Shown one piece after another: positions 48,157 through 57,760 of a DNA stretch of 64,000 nucleotides. The notes below the pieces were generated by a model. It saw nothing but the letters and a program-made list of their open reading frames with translations. It searched no databases and was not told the DNA's origin. Source of the DNA: a virus; the IMG/VR virus record IMGVR_UViG_3300035698_004130, positions 38,678 through 102,677 of that record; one strand, 5' to 3'. Every line of letters begins with the position of its first letter. The first letter of the stretch is position 1. A program made the position numbers and the translations under genes.

Positions 48157-49185
48157 TTATTCTTCGTAGGATGTTGGTTCTAGGGGAGTCGTTGGTGCTT
48201 CATTAGCTGGGTATCCAGAGTTGAAGTGAATTTGAGTTCCCTGCATACTATTTACTGATCCACCATCTGTGGCGATATTAGCATCAGCTTTTATATTTAC
48301 GTTAGTTCCCTTAATGTTTACATCTTGTGCAGCAGTAAGGTTGATATTGGCGTCTGAGGTAATCTGAACATCTCCTGTTCCATGAATCTGGACAGAGCCA
48401 TCAGCAGCGATTTGGATTCTAGCTTTGGGAGTTACTAGGAATATCCTGCCATCTTCCGCTTTGGAAACCAAGGTTACATCAGCGTTCTCGCTCCTTAGAT
48501 TAACATTTCCAAATCTATTGTTGCCTGGGCCTGCGAAAGCTCCAGTAGAATGGTTTTCAATATTAATGTCTCTTCCGTCAATAACATACATTCCTAGATC
48601 TGACTGGTATACCACAAACTTCTGAGACCCCTTAGATTTCATCTCAATGGATCTCTCAGAGTGAATTTCATCCCCTTCTGAGAATATAAGTAGTCCGTCT
48701 CCATGCTCGTTTCTTAAGATGACAGCATCCGATTTAGGGGAGTCGTTTAAGCTCAACATCTTTCCCTTTTCGCTGGTGAGGTCTGTCTTAGCTACAATCT
48801 GTGAAGGGAGGAACTTTCTAGTGATATGGACTCCAGCACCTACTTGGTTGGCGTAGGAAACTTTTTGAGGCTTCTTTCTATCTGAGTAGACCCTAGTATC
48901 TCCTACTACCTTCCAATCCTTTAGTCCCCCTGCCTGTGGCGTGTCAGGAGTATCCACAATAGTTGACATATAGTAAATCTTCCCATCTCCATCCTCATCC
49001 AATGCCGCAAGAATTCTGGATCCTTCTTCAGGGATCGCGAGCATTCCTCCATTATTGAGCATATACATTGGGGATGTGTAAGTTACATCAAAAGCTCCTT
49101 GGGATAGTGCAGGAAAAATTACCTTTAAAGTCCCTTGCTTATCATCGTCAACGTTGGATACTACTGTTCCTTTGATTATCTTCAT
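48157..49185 (-). CDS. Baseplate central spike (gp5/VgrG-like)
   Basis: G.VVSN.D..KQG.LKV OB fold, IPEEGS.I, C-terminal beta-helix repeats ending IHFN; no lysozyme domain evident. Confidence 0.8.
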   Translation of the reverse strand: MKIIKGTVVSNVDDDKQGTLKVIFPALSQGAFDVTYTSPMYMLNNGGMLAIPEEGSRILAALDEDGDGKIYYMSTIVDTPDTPQAGGLKDWKVVGDTRVYSDRKKPQKVSYANQVGAGVHITRKFLPSQIVAKTDLTSEKGKMLSLNDSPKSDAVILRNEHGDGLLIFSEGDEIHSERSIEMKSKGSQKFVVYQSDLGMYVIDGRDINIENHSTGAFAGPGNNRFGNVNLRSENADVTLVSKAEDGRIFLVTPKARIQIAADGSVQIHGTGDVQITSDANINLTAAQDVNIKGTNVNIKADANIATDGGSVNSMQGTQIHFNSGYPANEAPTTPLEPTSYEE

Positions 49186-51683
49186 TACCTAAGTTCCTTG
49201 GCGTAAGCTCTCTCAAAATCATTCTCTAGATACTCTTTTGAAAGACCCCTATCTTTATATGCATTGAGGTAATTTCTCTTAAAATTAGCTTTCATATCTT
49301 CCATAAGCTTACCAACCTTAACGACTCCTTCAGATGAAGGAATATCATTAACCCCAAGTTGCCTTCCTGTAGCTTTCAGATGGAATTCAGAATACATCTC
49401 TGTTCCATCCATGAAATGCCTAAACCCTTCGATGGAGTAAGCTCCTGTGTAAGGAGCAACTTTAGCCACCTTATCATAGCCCATTATGGAATTATTTCTG
49501 GCTAATAGGATACATTGTGTTCCAGCAGGTTGTGTAAGCTTAAAGAAGGGAATAGTTTTCATATCAACTTCAATAGCTAACTTTGCAAGCTCGCGCAAAA
49601 TATTCTCTTGGGTCGTAACAACCTCTTCAAGGGTGTCAACTTCAATGGTGGCACCCTTCTTTCGGGTGCTGTGTTCCACTAAAAGGTAGAGTAATGCAGC
49701 TAGTTCCTTGACGCTTAGAGCTTCAATATTGTCGATGCTTTTATTTAACCCAAGTAGTATATTCCTATCAGGGTCTGTGAACGAGCCTTCCCGTTCTAAC
49801 ATCTTAACAATGATATTAATATCACTCTCAACTCCCTGGGATTCTCCCTCATAAGGGACTACATCCCAAATTCTGTTAAGAATTCTTTTAGGTAGCTTAC
49901 CAAATACCTTTTTAATTGTATCTTGTTTAATGGAGTTAACAAAAGGAACTAGAGCTTTCTGCTTAATGCCCATATTGTATACTCCTGTGTATGCTTGGTT
50001 ATACTTTACTGATAATCCCATTACATTAGGATTATCCAAGTTATACCTGAATACCACCCTACCTTGGGATAGGAGTGCAGAGTCGTCTGGAGCACCATCA
50101 AGGGATAGCTTATCAACGCTAACAACCTCTTCTCCAAATGAAGAGTTTCTTGGTAGTTCGATATACTCTTTGTAGTAGGCATTTCTATAGAACGAAACGA
50201 AATACTTAGCAAGGTCTTCCTTGTTTATATAATCTACGGGTAGTCTCCTAGTAAGTTGTTCAAAGTTAACTACGCTTCGGAGGTATAGAAGATTATCAAT
50301 GATTAGTCTAGATCCAAAGATAAGAGCAGGCTTTGTTTCATCCTTAATAAATCCCTCTTTCTTCCACATCTTAAGAACCTTCATATCCGACTCCTCTAAG
50401 AAATCAATATCAAAGCCAGTTGTGTTCTTGAATTTTCCGTATAAGGATTTGTATCCCTCAATTATTCTTCTAAGTGGGATATAAAAATCAGGAAGGGTAT
50501 CGTAGATGCTATCATTATTTTCATTGGTGACCCTCATCTCCAGTAGTCCCTTATCATCAGGGAACTTATCCTTACCTTCTTGAATCTCATCAAACATGAT
50601 CTTAGTGTTAATATCAACATCCTCTAAATCCTCTAGCAGATTAATACCAAACTCCCTAAAGAATTGTATGTATTCCTTGATCTCCTTTCTAAATCTGGAT
50701 ACCTTGCTGGGAGAGTTCTTGCTCAAGTCCTTCATGAGAGTGTTGCCAGTGTTGACAAGATTTATTAAGCCAATGTAAGCTCCTGCTACTGGCTTTGAAA
50801 CGGATTCCTTAATTGCATCTAGCCCTCTTCGCCCAGAGGATTTGAAAGACCTCTTCTTTGTGAGTAACACACTAAAATAGGGATTGACTATACTGTTGAG
50901 ATCAGGAAGTAGAACTATAACATTAGGGTTGCTTGCCGCATTAGCAATATAGTCTGTAACAAGGGAAGTCATCACACTATGCTCCTTGTTGATTAGCTGT
51001 TCTCCTGTAAAACTTGTAGTAGCTCTGTAGCTTTTAAGATTCCTATCGGCAATAACCCTACTGAACTTATTAACTGCTCCATACAACCCTGTGCTTCTAC
51101 CGAACGCTAGCGAGTTAGCCTGGAGGAATGAGGTAGCCGCTGTGAATACCATTTCAATCTCTTTCACTCCTTCAGCAGTGGTCAGGAGGCTAGCCTTTTG
51201 TAGAGTTGTAGTGAATGGCCCACCCCAGTTATCAAGATCATCTCCTACTCCAAAAGCAAAGTAAACCTCGTTGAAGTTAGCCTGAACACCTTGTTCGTTT
51301 ACAAAGGTGCTTTCCACTCGGCTGATTTCCTTTGAGGTTAGATTATTATCCTTAAGCTTCGCTTCAGTGTATAATTCCTTAGCAATTTGCACCAGGAGGT
51401 TAGACGCTGATGATCTTCCAATAAAGAAGTTCTCAAACAAGTCATCGGTCTCAAGGAATTTAAGTCTTAAGTTGGATGGTCGGGAGACCGAGTGGGAGTA
51501 ATCAAACTCCATAAGGTTCCCATTGTTTCCGGGCGACACAATATAACTATTAGCAATCTCTTCCTCAGTTAGAGTTAAGAGAATACTACGATACGAGTTA
51601 GCCTTTTCCTTAGCGAAGAATATCTTTTCGATAGCTTCCCTAGATGTTGTAATGAAAACATTGCCTGTGAATACTCTTGTCAC
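49185..51683 (-). CDS. putative baseplate hub protein (gp27-like)
   Basis: Between gp53 and spike genes; C-terminal TIPFF...YTGAYSI..FRH......YSEF.L. Confidence 0.55.
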   Translation of the reverse strand: MTRVFTGNVFITTSREAIEKIFFAKEKANSYRSILLTLTEEEIANSYIVSPGNNGNLMEFDYSHSVSRPSNLRLKFLETDDLFENFFIGRSSASNLLVQIAKELYTEAKLKDNNLTSKEISRVESTFVNEQGVQANFNEVYFAFGVGDDLDNWGGPFTTTLQKASLLTTAEGVKEIEMVFTAATSFLQANSLAFGRSTGLYGAVNKFSRVIADRNLKSYRATTSFTGEQLINKEHSVMTSLVTDYIANAASNPNVIVLLPDLNSIVNPYFSVLLTKKRSFKSSGRRGLDAIKESVSKPVAGAYIGLINLVNTGNTLMKDLSKNSPSKVSRFRKEIKEYIQFFREFGINLLEDLEDVDINTKIMFDEIQEGKDKFPDDKGLLEMRVTNENNDSIYDTLPDFYIPLRRIIEGYKSLYGKFKNTTGFDIDFLEESDMKVLKMWKKEGFIKDETKPALIFGSRLIIDNLLYLRSVVNFEQLTRRLPVDYINKEDLAKYFVSFYRNAYYKEYIELPRNSSFGEEVVSVDKLSLDGAPDDSALLSQGRVVFRYNLDNPNVMGLSVKYNQAYTGVYNMGIKQKALVPFVNSIKQDTIKKVFGKLPKRILNRIWDVVPYEGESQGVESDINIIVKMLEREGSFTDPDRNILLGLNKSIDNIEALSVKELAALLYLLVEHSTRKKGATIEVDTLEEVVTTQENILRELAKLAIEVDMKTIPFFKLTQPAGTQCILLARNNSIMGYDKVAKVAPYTGAYSIEGFRHFMDGTEMYSEFHLKATGRQLGVNDIPSSEGVVKVGKLMEDMKANFKRNYLNAYKDRGLSKEYLENDFERAYAKELR

Positions 51684-51982
51684 TATGATAGTTTGGGAAT
51701 CTTAATTTGATCCCTTACATTTAGCTCTTGGAAAGGATCCTTAATGTTGTTAAACCAGCAAATAAGCCAGTCTAAGGTGGGAGTGCTGTAAAATAGATTT
51801 GAAATAAGATCTGCTCTGTGCTCAAACCCAGGAGGAACATACCCAACATCAAAGGAGAAATCTGCCATTCTTCTTTGAAACTGTTCAAAGTCCTCGGAGT
51901 TTAAAGTGGTGGTAACATTCTTATCCTTGTGTATTACTTGAACGAAACCAATCTTTAAATGATTATTATACTTCATCTCCAC
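51683..51982 (-). CDS. Baseplate wedge LysM protein (gp53-like)
   Basis: RADLIS..FY....LDWLI...NNI.DPF..L.....IKIP. Confidence 0.85.
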   Translation of the reverse strand: MEMKYNNHLKIGFVQVIHKDKNVTTTLNSEDFEQFQRRMADFSFDVGYVPPGFEHRADLISNLFYSTPTLDWLICWFNNIKDPFQELNVRDQIKIPKLS

Positions 51983-52916
51983 CTCTTAACGTAATCAATC
52001 CGTTGTAAGGATCAGTGTTGTTGTCCCCTAAGATTCCTTCCCATCCAGCTAGGTTGTCACCTTCAGTAACCTCCCCTGCTTTAAATGCTCCAAAGTCTCC
52101 AGTTCTATTCTCCGCTAGATTAAGGCTAATTTCAAGTTGTTTTGGAAGCAGGGTATTAATATCATAGCCTGCCTCTTCAACGATCTTAATATCGTAGCCT
52201 TCTGTAACACATGGAATATTGTTATACAAGGGTCCATGGGTAACTCTTACAATTGGTGGACCTTGGGTAGTATCTCTAGCATTGTTAAGGGTTGTGGATC
52301 TAATTAGGTTAACCCAGGAGAGAACAATGTCAATTAGAGTGTTCATATCCTTCATATCGTCCTTTGGATCTTCAAACTCCCCAAGAACATCTAGAAGACC
52401 ATCAACAGCGTTATCGAAGAAGTTTCTTCCCCCTGTCTTTAGTCTGGCTATTTCTTGGTAGTAGGCTCTGTGAGTTCTTCCATGCTCGACACTTTTCCCA
52501 GGATCGACGTTTGGAGTTAACTCATTGTTATGGAATGGCCCGTAACCACCTTCACCCGCATAGGCAAAGAATGACTTGATCGCAGCATCCTTTCCTGTAT
52601 AGAATAGGCTGAATTGTCTTTGGAAGTGATCTGCTAATCCCTCAGTGCCAAGATGCTCTAGTAAGTGTAGGAATGTTATTCTAAAGGTTAGGTTGAACTT
52701 TCTTGATTCCGCACCCATGTAAGCATGTAGCGCATTTGCTCTCCCAAGTAGCTTGTAGGTAGCTAGATTGGCTTTCCCAGTTTCGGTGATGGTGGGATTC
52801 TCCAGCATAGGAATATAAGTTCTGATAACTCTATTATCTGTCTGAGGAAATTCTAAGGTGAGATGTGATCTCTCCTCAATCTTCCTCTTATTCATCTTTT
52901 TGTAAAAGTTTGCCAT
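51966..52916 (-). CDS. Tail tube initiator (gp48/gp54-like)
   Basis: Y.LLGR....AY.G..SR.F.L.F; PPIVRV..G.LY...PCV; LP...EISL.L.E. Confidence 0.7.
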   Translation of the reverse strand: MANFYKKMNKRKIEERSHLTLEFPQTDNRVIRTYIPMLENPTITETGKANLATYKLLGRANALHAYMGAESRKFNLTFRITFLHLLEHLGTEGLADHFQRQFSLFYTGKDAAIKSFFAYAGEGGYGPFHNNELTPNVDPGKSVEHGRTHRAYYQEIARLKTGGRNFFDNAVDGLLDVLGEFEDPKDDMKDMNTLIDIVLSWVNLIRSTTLNNARDTTQGPPIVRVTHGPLYNNIPCVTEGYDIKIVEEAGYDINTLLPKQLEISLNLAENRTGDFGAFKAGEVTEGDNLAGWEGILGDNNTDPYNGLITLRGGDEV

Positions 52917-54466
52917 TATCGTGGAGTCCCAACAGAACCAGATGGTATAGATCCGGTAACGTCAATTCTATCGCTCATCTTCTGAAGGTGTCTAGTCTGC
53001 TTTTGCAGTTCCCCATGTTGAAGGTTCATTCGTCTAGAGTTAGCTCTAACTTCCATTAAATATTGCTCAAGGACAGTTCCCAGGAGGTTGGTCTTCATAT
53101 CCTTTGGCTTATCAATAGTCTTTTTGGTGTTGATCTTGATCTCTTCCTGGTATTTAGTTTGCTTCATTGATTCTTTACTGATACTAGAGAATGCCTTAGT
53201 AATCTCAGGCCAGAAGGTGTATCCAAGGCCAGCAGCAATTCCAATTGGGCCTAGGATGGACAGCATACCCCCCACTCCTGCTCTGCCACCTCTTCCTCTG
53301 CCTCCCATTATACCTGCTCCCATAGCTCCTGCATTACCCAAAACAGATCCCATAGCTATGGCGGGAAGAGCCTTTATTAGAAGTTGGTAGATAGTCCGGT
53401 TGAAACGATCGTAGTAAAGCTTCGCTGATTCTTTAACAGCCTTAGCTGAATCAAGAATCTCATCTGAGTCAGCTTTCATGTCCTCATTAATCTTTGTTTG
53501 GTTAAGGATCGATGCATTAACATTTCTCAGAGCAACAGCAAGGTCACCTCCAATGAATCCATCGGCTCTGAAATACTTCATCGAGTTGTTGTTAGCCTCG
53601 TAACCCGTTCCCACGATGCTATCCAGTCTGGTGTTAGCTTGGCCAAGGAACATCTTGATGTCGCCCATCAACTCTTCGGCAGGCTTGTTAGCGTTTAGGA
53701 AGGTATCCTCAGCACCTTCAATACCAAGTTGGAACCTCTTGCCCCAAGCTTCAGGACCAACAAGTAAGCTAGCGATAGCCTGATTAGCAGAGTTGTTCCT
53801 ACCACCAGTCATAGTGGTTAGGGCTTTCATCATGTTACCAGTGTTTTCTGCACCACCAGTAAGCGAAGTTCTCTGCATCAGACCCTTCACGCTGTTTACT
53901 GCCTCTAGTAAGGTCTCACTTGATATTAGGTAATTACGGGAAAGACTCTCATTAGATTTGATTAGCAGTGTCGCTGAATCAATATTGTTCCCCGTCATCT
54001 CTAGAAGACTGACCACAGACTCGCGTAGCTCGCCCGTATCCTGCCCTGTAAGGCGCATTCGGTTGGTTAATCGATTAACATCAGTCGAGTTGTCCCTGAT
54101 GCCCGCAGAAAAGTTCTTGAGCAGTTCAGCAGCATTCTCGAAGAATCCACCATTCAGTTCAGCAAGCACCTTTGTGTTCTCAGAGAGGAACCTGTTCATT
54201 GAGGTTCCCTGAGCTAAACTCTTCATTTGGACAGCATCTGCCCTCTTGAAGGATTCTCTCATCTGGTTCCCTACGGTTCCAAACTGGATGATGGACTCAT
54301 TCAGTCCTCTAAGCGACAGGATGTTGTTTGAAATGATATCCGTGTTATCACGAAGATATCTGTTTCCTTGGGTGTTTCCCTGGTTAAGAAGAGCAATATT
54401 CCTAAGTAGATCCTTAAGTAGCCTCTCTGTTCTGGGATCCATACCGGGAGTGGGAGTGCTAACCAT
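52916..54466 (-). CDS. Tape measure protein
   Basis: Helical protein with Gly-rich hydrophobic segment (GMLSILGPIGIAAGLG), upstream of tube initiator. Confidence 0.65.
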   Translation of the reverse strand: MVSTPTPGMDPRTERLLKDLLRNIALLNQGNTQGNRYLRDNTDIISNNILSLRGLNESIIQFGTVGNQMRESFKRADAVQMKSLAQGTSMNRFLSENTKVLAELNGGFFENAAELLKNFSAGIRDNSTDVNRLTNRMRLTGQDTGELRESVVSLLEMTGNNIDSATLLIKSNESLSRNYLISSETLLEAVNSVKGLMQRTSLTGGAENTGNMMKALTTMTGGRNNSANQAIASLLVGPEAWGKRFQLGIEGAEDTFLNANKPAEELMGDIKMFLGQANTRLDSIVGTGYEANNNSMKYFRADGFIGGDLAVALRNVNASILNQTKINEDMKADSDEILDSAKAVKESAKLYYDRFNRTIYQLLIKALPAIAMGSVLGNAGAMGAGIMGGRGRGGRAGVGGMLSILGPIGIAAGLGYTFWPEITKAFSSISKESMKQTKYQEEIKINTKKTIDKPKDMKTNLLGTVLEQYLMEVRANSRRMNLQHGELQKQTRHLQKMSDRIDVTGSIPSGSVGTPR

Positions 54467-54469
54467 CTA

Positions 54470-54910
54470 TTAAATACCAATCCATTTCATAAATCTTCTT
54501 ATCAAGTTTAGTTTAATCTCAACGGAGACAACCCTTGAGGTGAAGGCAATATCAAATGTTCTAAAGTTTTCTTTACCTAGGAAGGAGCCAATAATAGCTG
54601 GGGAATAGTAGTCGCAAGCCTTCCTGTTCTTATACAGTGTATTTACCATAGAGGCAAACATTTGTTCTGTTACTGTCTCCAGAACGACCACATTCAGCAA
54701 GGTATTATTCTGGGTAGAGAGAAAGTGCCCAGAAGAGGTTCTTTTAGACCGAACCACTAGACCAAATCTATTCCACGGGTAAGTAGCCTTTGTCTCTGGA
54801 GGCATTGGATACTCGAAGTGAATTATGTCTCCTGGCCTAACGGACAGAGGAGAAACTTGTCTTAGGGAGAATTTCCCGCTGTATTGGTGCAGATATTGGC
54901 TAGGTTCCAT
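54470..54910 (-). CDS. hypothetical protein
   Basis: PGDIIHFEY...FRTF; ATAAATA and GAGG upstream; weak resemblance to DNA end-protector proteins. Confidence 0.6.
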   Translation of the reverse strand: MEPSQYLHQYSGKFSLRQVSPLSVRPGDIIHFEYPMPPETKATYPWNRFGLVVRSKRTSSGHFLSTQNNTLLNVVVLETVTEQMFASMVNTLYKNRKACDYYSPAIIGSFLGKENFRTFDIAFTSRVVSVEIKLNLIRRFMKWIGI

Positions 54911-54987
54911 GTTTTTTCAAATTTCCTCATTTCTATTTATTATCTCAGACCTCGAAAGACTTTAATAGTATTTAAAAGGGTTACTAA

Positions 54988-55314
54988 GTGATCCTTGATG
55001 ATTCCTCCTTTATGTCTACTCTAGAAGAACAACTGATTGAAACGATTGATTTACTAAGCTTTACCTTTTCTACCTCCTTCGTTGATAAGTGGAAGTTTAA
55101 ATACGGGATACGACTTCTGAGGTTGTTTCAAGTAAGGATGTTAAAGTCTTTAGAGGCTAGAAAGCCCTTGAAGATTACAACAGTTTATAAGTTTCTTGTC
55201 GTTGATTCAGGGTTCAATCCTGATTTGGTCCTATCCTTCCTAGACGATATTGATTACGAAATCTACTATCCGATGATTCTAGGCAGAAAAAAAGACCTAC
55301 CCGAAATCGAGTAA
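54988..55314 (+). CDS. hypothetical protein
   Basis: 108-aa ORF; start may be ATG 55012. Confidence 0.65.
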   Translation: MILDDSSFMSTLEEQLIETIDLLSFTFSTSFVDKWKFKYGIRLLRLFQVRMLKSLEARKPLKITTVYKFLVVDSGFNPDLVLSFLDDIDYEIYYPMILGRKKDLPEIE

Positions 55315-55352
55315 GTCCTTGTGAGCCACCCAGCATTAGGTAGACTACCTGT

Positions 55353-55496
55353 ATGAGAAGCGATATTGAAGACGCCGTATTTCGGGGAAACTACAGAGCC
55401 AACCATAACGGCATGGGTCCAGACCTAGACCCCCTTGGGGTCTTTATTGGTTGGGTCTTTTTCTTTGGGCTTTTCTATCTTTTCATCTTCCAATAG
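55353..55496 (+). CDS. 47-aa single-TM small protein (not in ORF track)
   Basis: MRSDIEDAVFRGNYRANHNGMGPDLDPLGVFIGWVFFFGLFYLFIFQ*; TAGACT -10-like box 6 nt before the ATG. Confidence 0.45.
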   Translation: MRSDIEDAVFRGNYRANHNGMGPDLDPLGVFIGWVFFFGLFYLFIFQ

Positions 55497-56297
55497 TTTC
55501 TTAGCCTTAAGCTCTGCGTCCTTGATTACCTTCAACTTCTTCTGCTCATCCATTCGAAGAGCAACCTCGGAATTACAGTTGAACTTATCACATGCTGGCT
55601 GGTATTCGCACCAATCACAGAAGATGTTCCTTTGTGAGTAGAACTCGTCCTTCTTCTTCTTACGAATCTTCCACACCTTATCAATCTCCTTCTTCTCCCA
55701 TTGAAAGATTTGGAACTTCGAGAACCTTACGGATACGAAGTTGTTTGAAAGAGGGTAGTAGTGGGAGCAATAGATCTTGTCATAGGGGACGTTATACGTC
55801 CTGTGGATTGCAAAGGCGTAACCCATAAGTTGCTTATCATTAAGCAGATCTTTTTTCTTCTTTTCTCTCTTAGAAGTCTTGTAGTCGATTACGAGGTAAC
55901 TTCCATCAGTCCCCTTAATAACCCGGTCAATAATCCCGATGAACCCAATGTCGCGCTCAACATCTAGTGGGATTTTGTAGGCTCCTTCAGTGGCCACCGT
56001 CTCGCCCAGTTTTTGATTCCAAGAAAGAAAGTTTTCTAGGCAAGCCTTCATCCTATCATTCTCCCGGAAGGGAACTCTGTAGGTCGGCCTTTCAGCTTCT
56101 GCTACCTTTAGCAGAGACTTAAAGTCTTTAAGCTTGTAGCCTTCTTCGAATACTTTGTGGATAAACGAGCCGAAATTCAAGGCGTCCTCATTCTTGGATC
56201 CAAATCCTGGGTAACGCAGGACATATCTAAGATAATACTTCCATAGGCACTGATCGATTACATCGCTCTTCGATGCGCTAATACTATTTATAAACAT
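55425..56297 (-). CDS. Cas4/RecB-like PD-(D/E)XK exonuclease
   Basis: ISAS...C, GIIDRV, VIDYKT, QL..Y, C.WC.Y...C. Confidence 0.88.
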   Translation of the reverse strand: MFINSISASKSDVIDQCLWKYYLRYVLRYPGFGSKNEDALNFGSFIHKVFEEGYKLKDFKSLLKVAEAERPTYRVPFRENDRMKACLENFLSWNQKLGETVATEGAYKIPLDVERDIGFIGIIDRVIKGTDGSYLVIDYKTSKREKKKKDLLNDKQLMGYAFAIHRTYNVPYDKIYCSHYYPLSNNFVSVRFSKFQIFQWEKKEIDKVWKIRKKKKDEFYSQRNIFCDWCEYQPACDKFNCNSEVALRMDEQKKLKVIKDAELKAKKLLEDEKIEKPKEKDPTNKDPKGV

Positions 56298-56805
56298 GGA
56301 TAATCATTTTGGCGCTTTTTATTCTATTACAGGAACCACATAAAGGTTGTATATTGAACTGCCAATTTGAACCTCCTTTTGATAAAGGATGTATATGATC
56401 GGCGACCAAATCATCCTTTGTTCCGCAATACGCGCACTCGTGATTATAGACTTCAAGGGCCATATCCCAGTTAAAAAATCCAGGTGCTTCCAACTTTCTA
56501 GCTCTACGATCTCTGGAAGCGGAGAGCCTAACCTTCTTACCTTCTAGGGAAGAGCAATAATCCCTCTGGTAATTTTTTTGGTAGGCAGTATACTTCTCTC
56601 TGTTCCCTCAAACCCAGGTTTTCTGGGTAGAGGATATAGACTCCTTGTTATTTTCCCTATACGACTTTTGTTGCTTTTTTACAGAATTGTGATTTTCAGT
56701 ATAGAACTTTTGGTTCCTAGTTCTTACAATATCTTTTTTGCAGGTAGAACAATACTTAAATCCTGACTTAATCATGCAACAACACTTCCTACACACTACT
56801 ACCAT
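56284..56805 (-). pseudogene. HNH endonuclease interrupted by a single in-frame TGA
   Basis: Track ORFs 56608-56805 and 56284-56493 share a frame: ...QKTWV*GNREKY...RARK...CAYCG...DHIHPLSKGG.N...NIQPLC..CN..K. Confidence 0.8.
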
Positions 56806-56815
56806 ATAAATATCT

Positions 56816-57760
56816 ATGTCTATTGTGAACTCTTCTTTTATTAGGACTTACTGTTTAGGTAGGTTTACTGATAATTATAGGCTCTCCAACTGTGAGATGG
56901 AGTTAGTAATTCCATCTATTTTCCTCGATGACGACTACAATCGGCACATGTCCATCAATTTGGAGAATGGATTGTGGAGATGCTTTAAGACTGGAAATGT
57001 GGGAAACTTTCCAAAACTCATTTCAATCCTTGAGAAGTGCAGCTACAGAACTGCCTACGAGAGATTTGTATTTGAGAACCTTCTCATTGAGAATGTTCCA
57101 GATGAACCTGAAAAGGTAATCGCAACCACAGATATTGAGGACACAACTAAGTTCACCCTGCTTGAGGAGAATCATCCGTTCATTGTATCAAGGATGTTGG
57201 AGGGATCTAGGTTCTATATCTCGGACGAAGGATTTTATGCGGGAAGGCTGATTATCCCGTTCTTCAATTCCGCAGGGAAACTTTTCTACTTCCAAGCAAG
57301 GAGTATCAATGGCCGACAGCCCAAATATCTCAATTGCCGGTCTCTAAAAAGTTCTCAGGTGCTCTACCCGTTCAATTACGAGTCCTATGAACCCCTGTAT
57401 ATCACTGAAGGAGTGTTCGACTGCCTAAGTTTGCGTGCAGTTGGCCTAAATGCGACTACTACTCTATCCTGCGAAACCTCCAAGGAACAGATGGAGCAGT
57501 TGAGGCATTATCAAGGTCCACTAGTAAACGCCTTTGATAATGATGAGGCAGGAAGAAGGGGAACTAGAAAGTTCATGACGATTGCCCACAACTACAATCG
57601 AACTGATCTCAAGTTCATTCATCCTCCGGGATCATTTAAGGATTGGAATGAGATCCTGTTGAAGGAAGGACCGGATGAACTTATTAGTATCACCCGGAAC
57701 GTTAGCACTCTTGATGCAATGATGCTAGAGATTAACGAATTACAAATCCAAGATCATTAG
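56816..57760 (+). CDS. DNA primase (DnaG/gp61-like)
   Basis: RLIIPF...YFQAR...PKYLN, ITEGVFD, FDNDEAG (TOPRIM), KDWNE. Confidence 0.92.
   Translation: MSIVNSSFIRTYCLGRFTDNYRLSNCEMELVIPSIFLDDDYNRHMSINLENGLWRCFKTGNVGNFPKLISILEKCSYRTAYERFVFENLLIENVPDEPEKVIATTDIEDTTKFTLLEENHPFIVSRMLEGSRFYISDEGFYAGRLIIPFFNSAGKLFYFQARSINGRQPKYLNCRSLKSSQVLYPFNYESYEPLYITEGVFDCLSLRAVGLNATTTLSCETSKEQMEQLRHYQGPLVNAFDNDEAGRRGTRKFMTIAHNYNRTDLKFIHPPGSFKDWNEILLKEGPDELISITRNVSTLDAMMLEINELQIQDH

Noticed and set aside
27195-54466. Bacterial eCIS/T6SS locus (PAAR, VgrG-like spike, sheath, tube)
   Set aside because: Capsid, protease, neck and replication genes are contiguous, so this is a phage tail module
55425-56297. CRISPR-Cas system
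   Set aside because: Solo Cas4/RecB-like nuclease, common in phages; no other cas gene or array in the window
56608-56610. Genome-wide TGA reassignment (alternative genetic code)
   Set aside because: Long genes are intact under the standard code, and TGA ends genes in ATGA/GTGA overlaps (3668, 6293, 6502); only this HNH gene is interrupted
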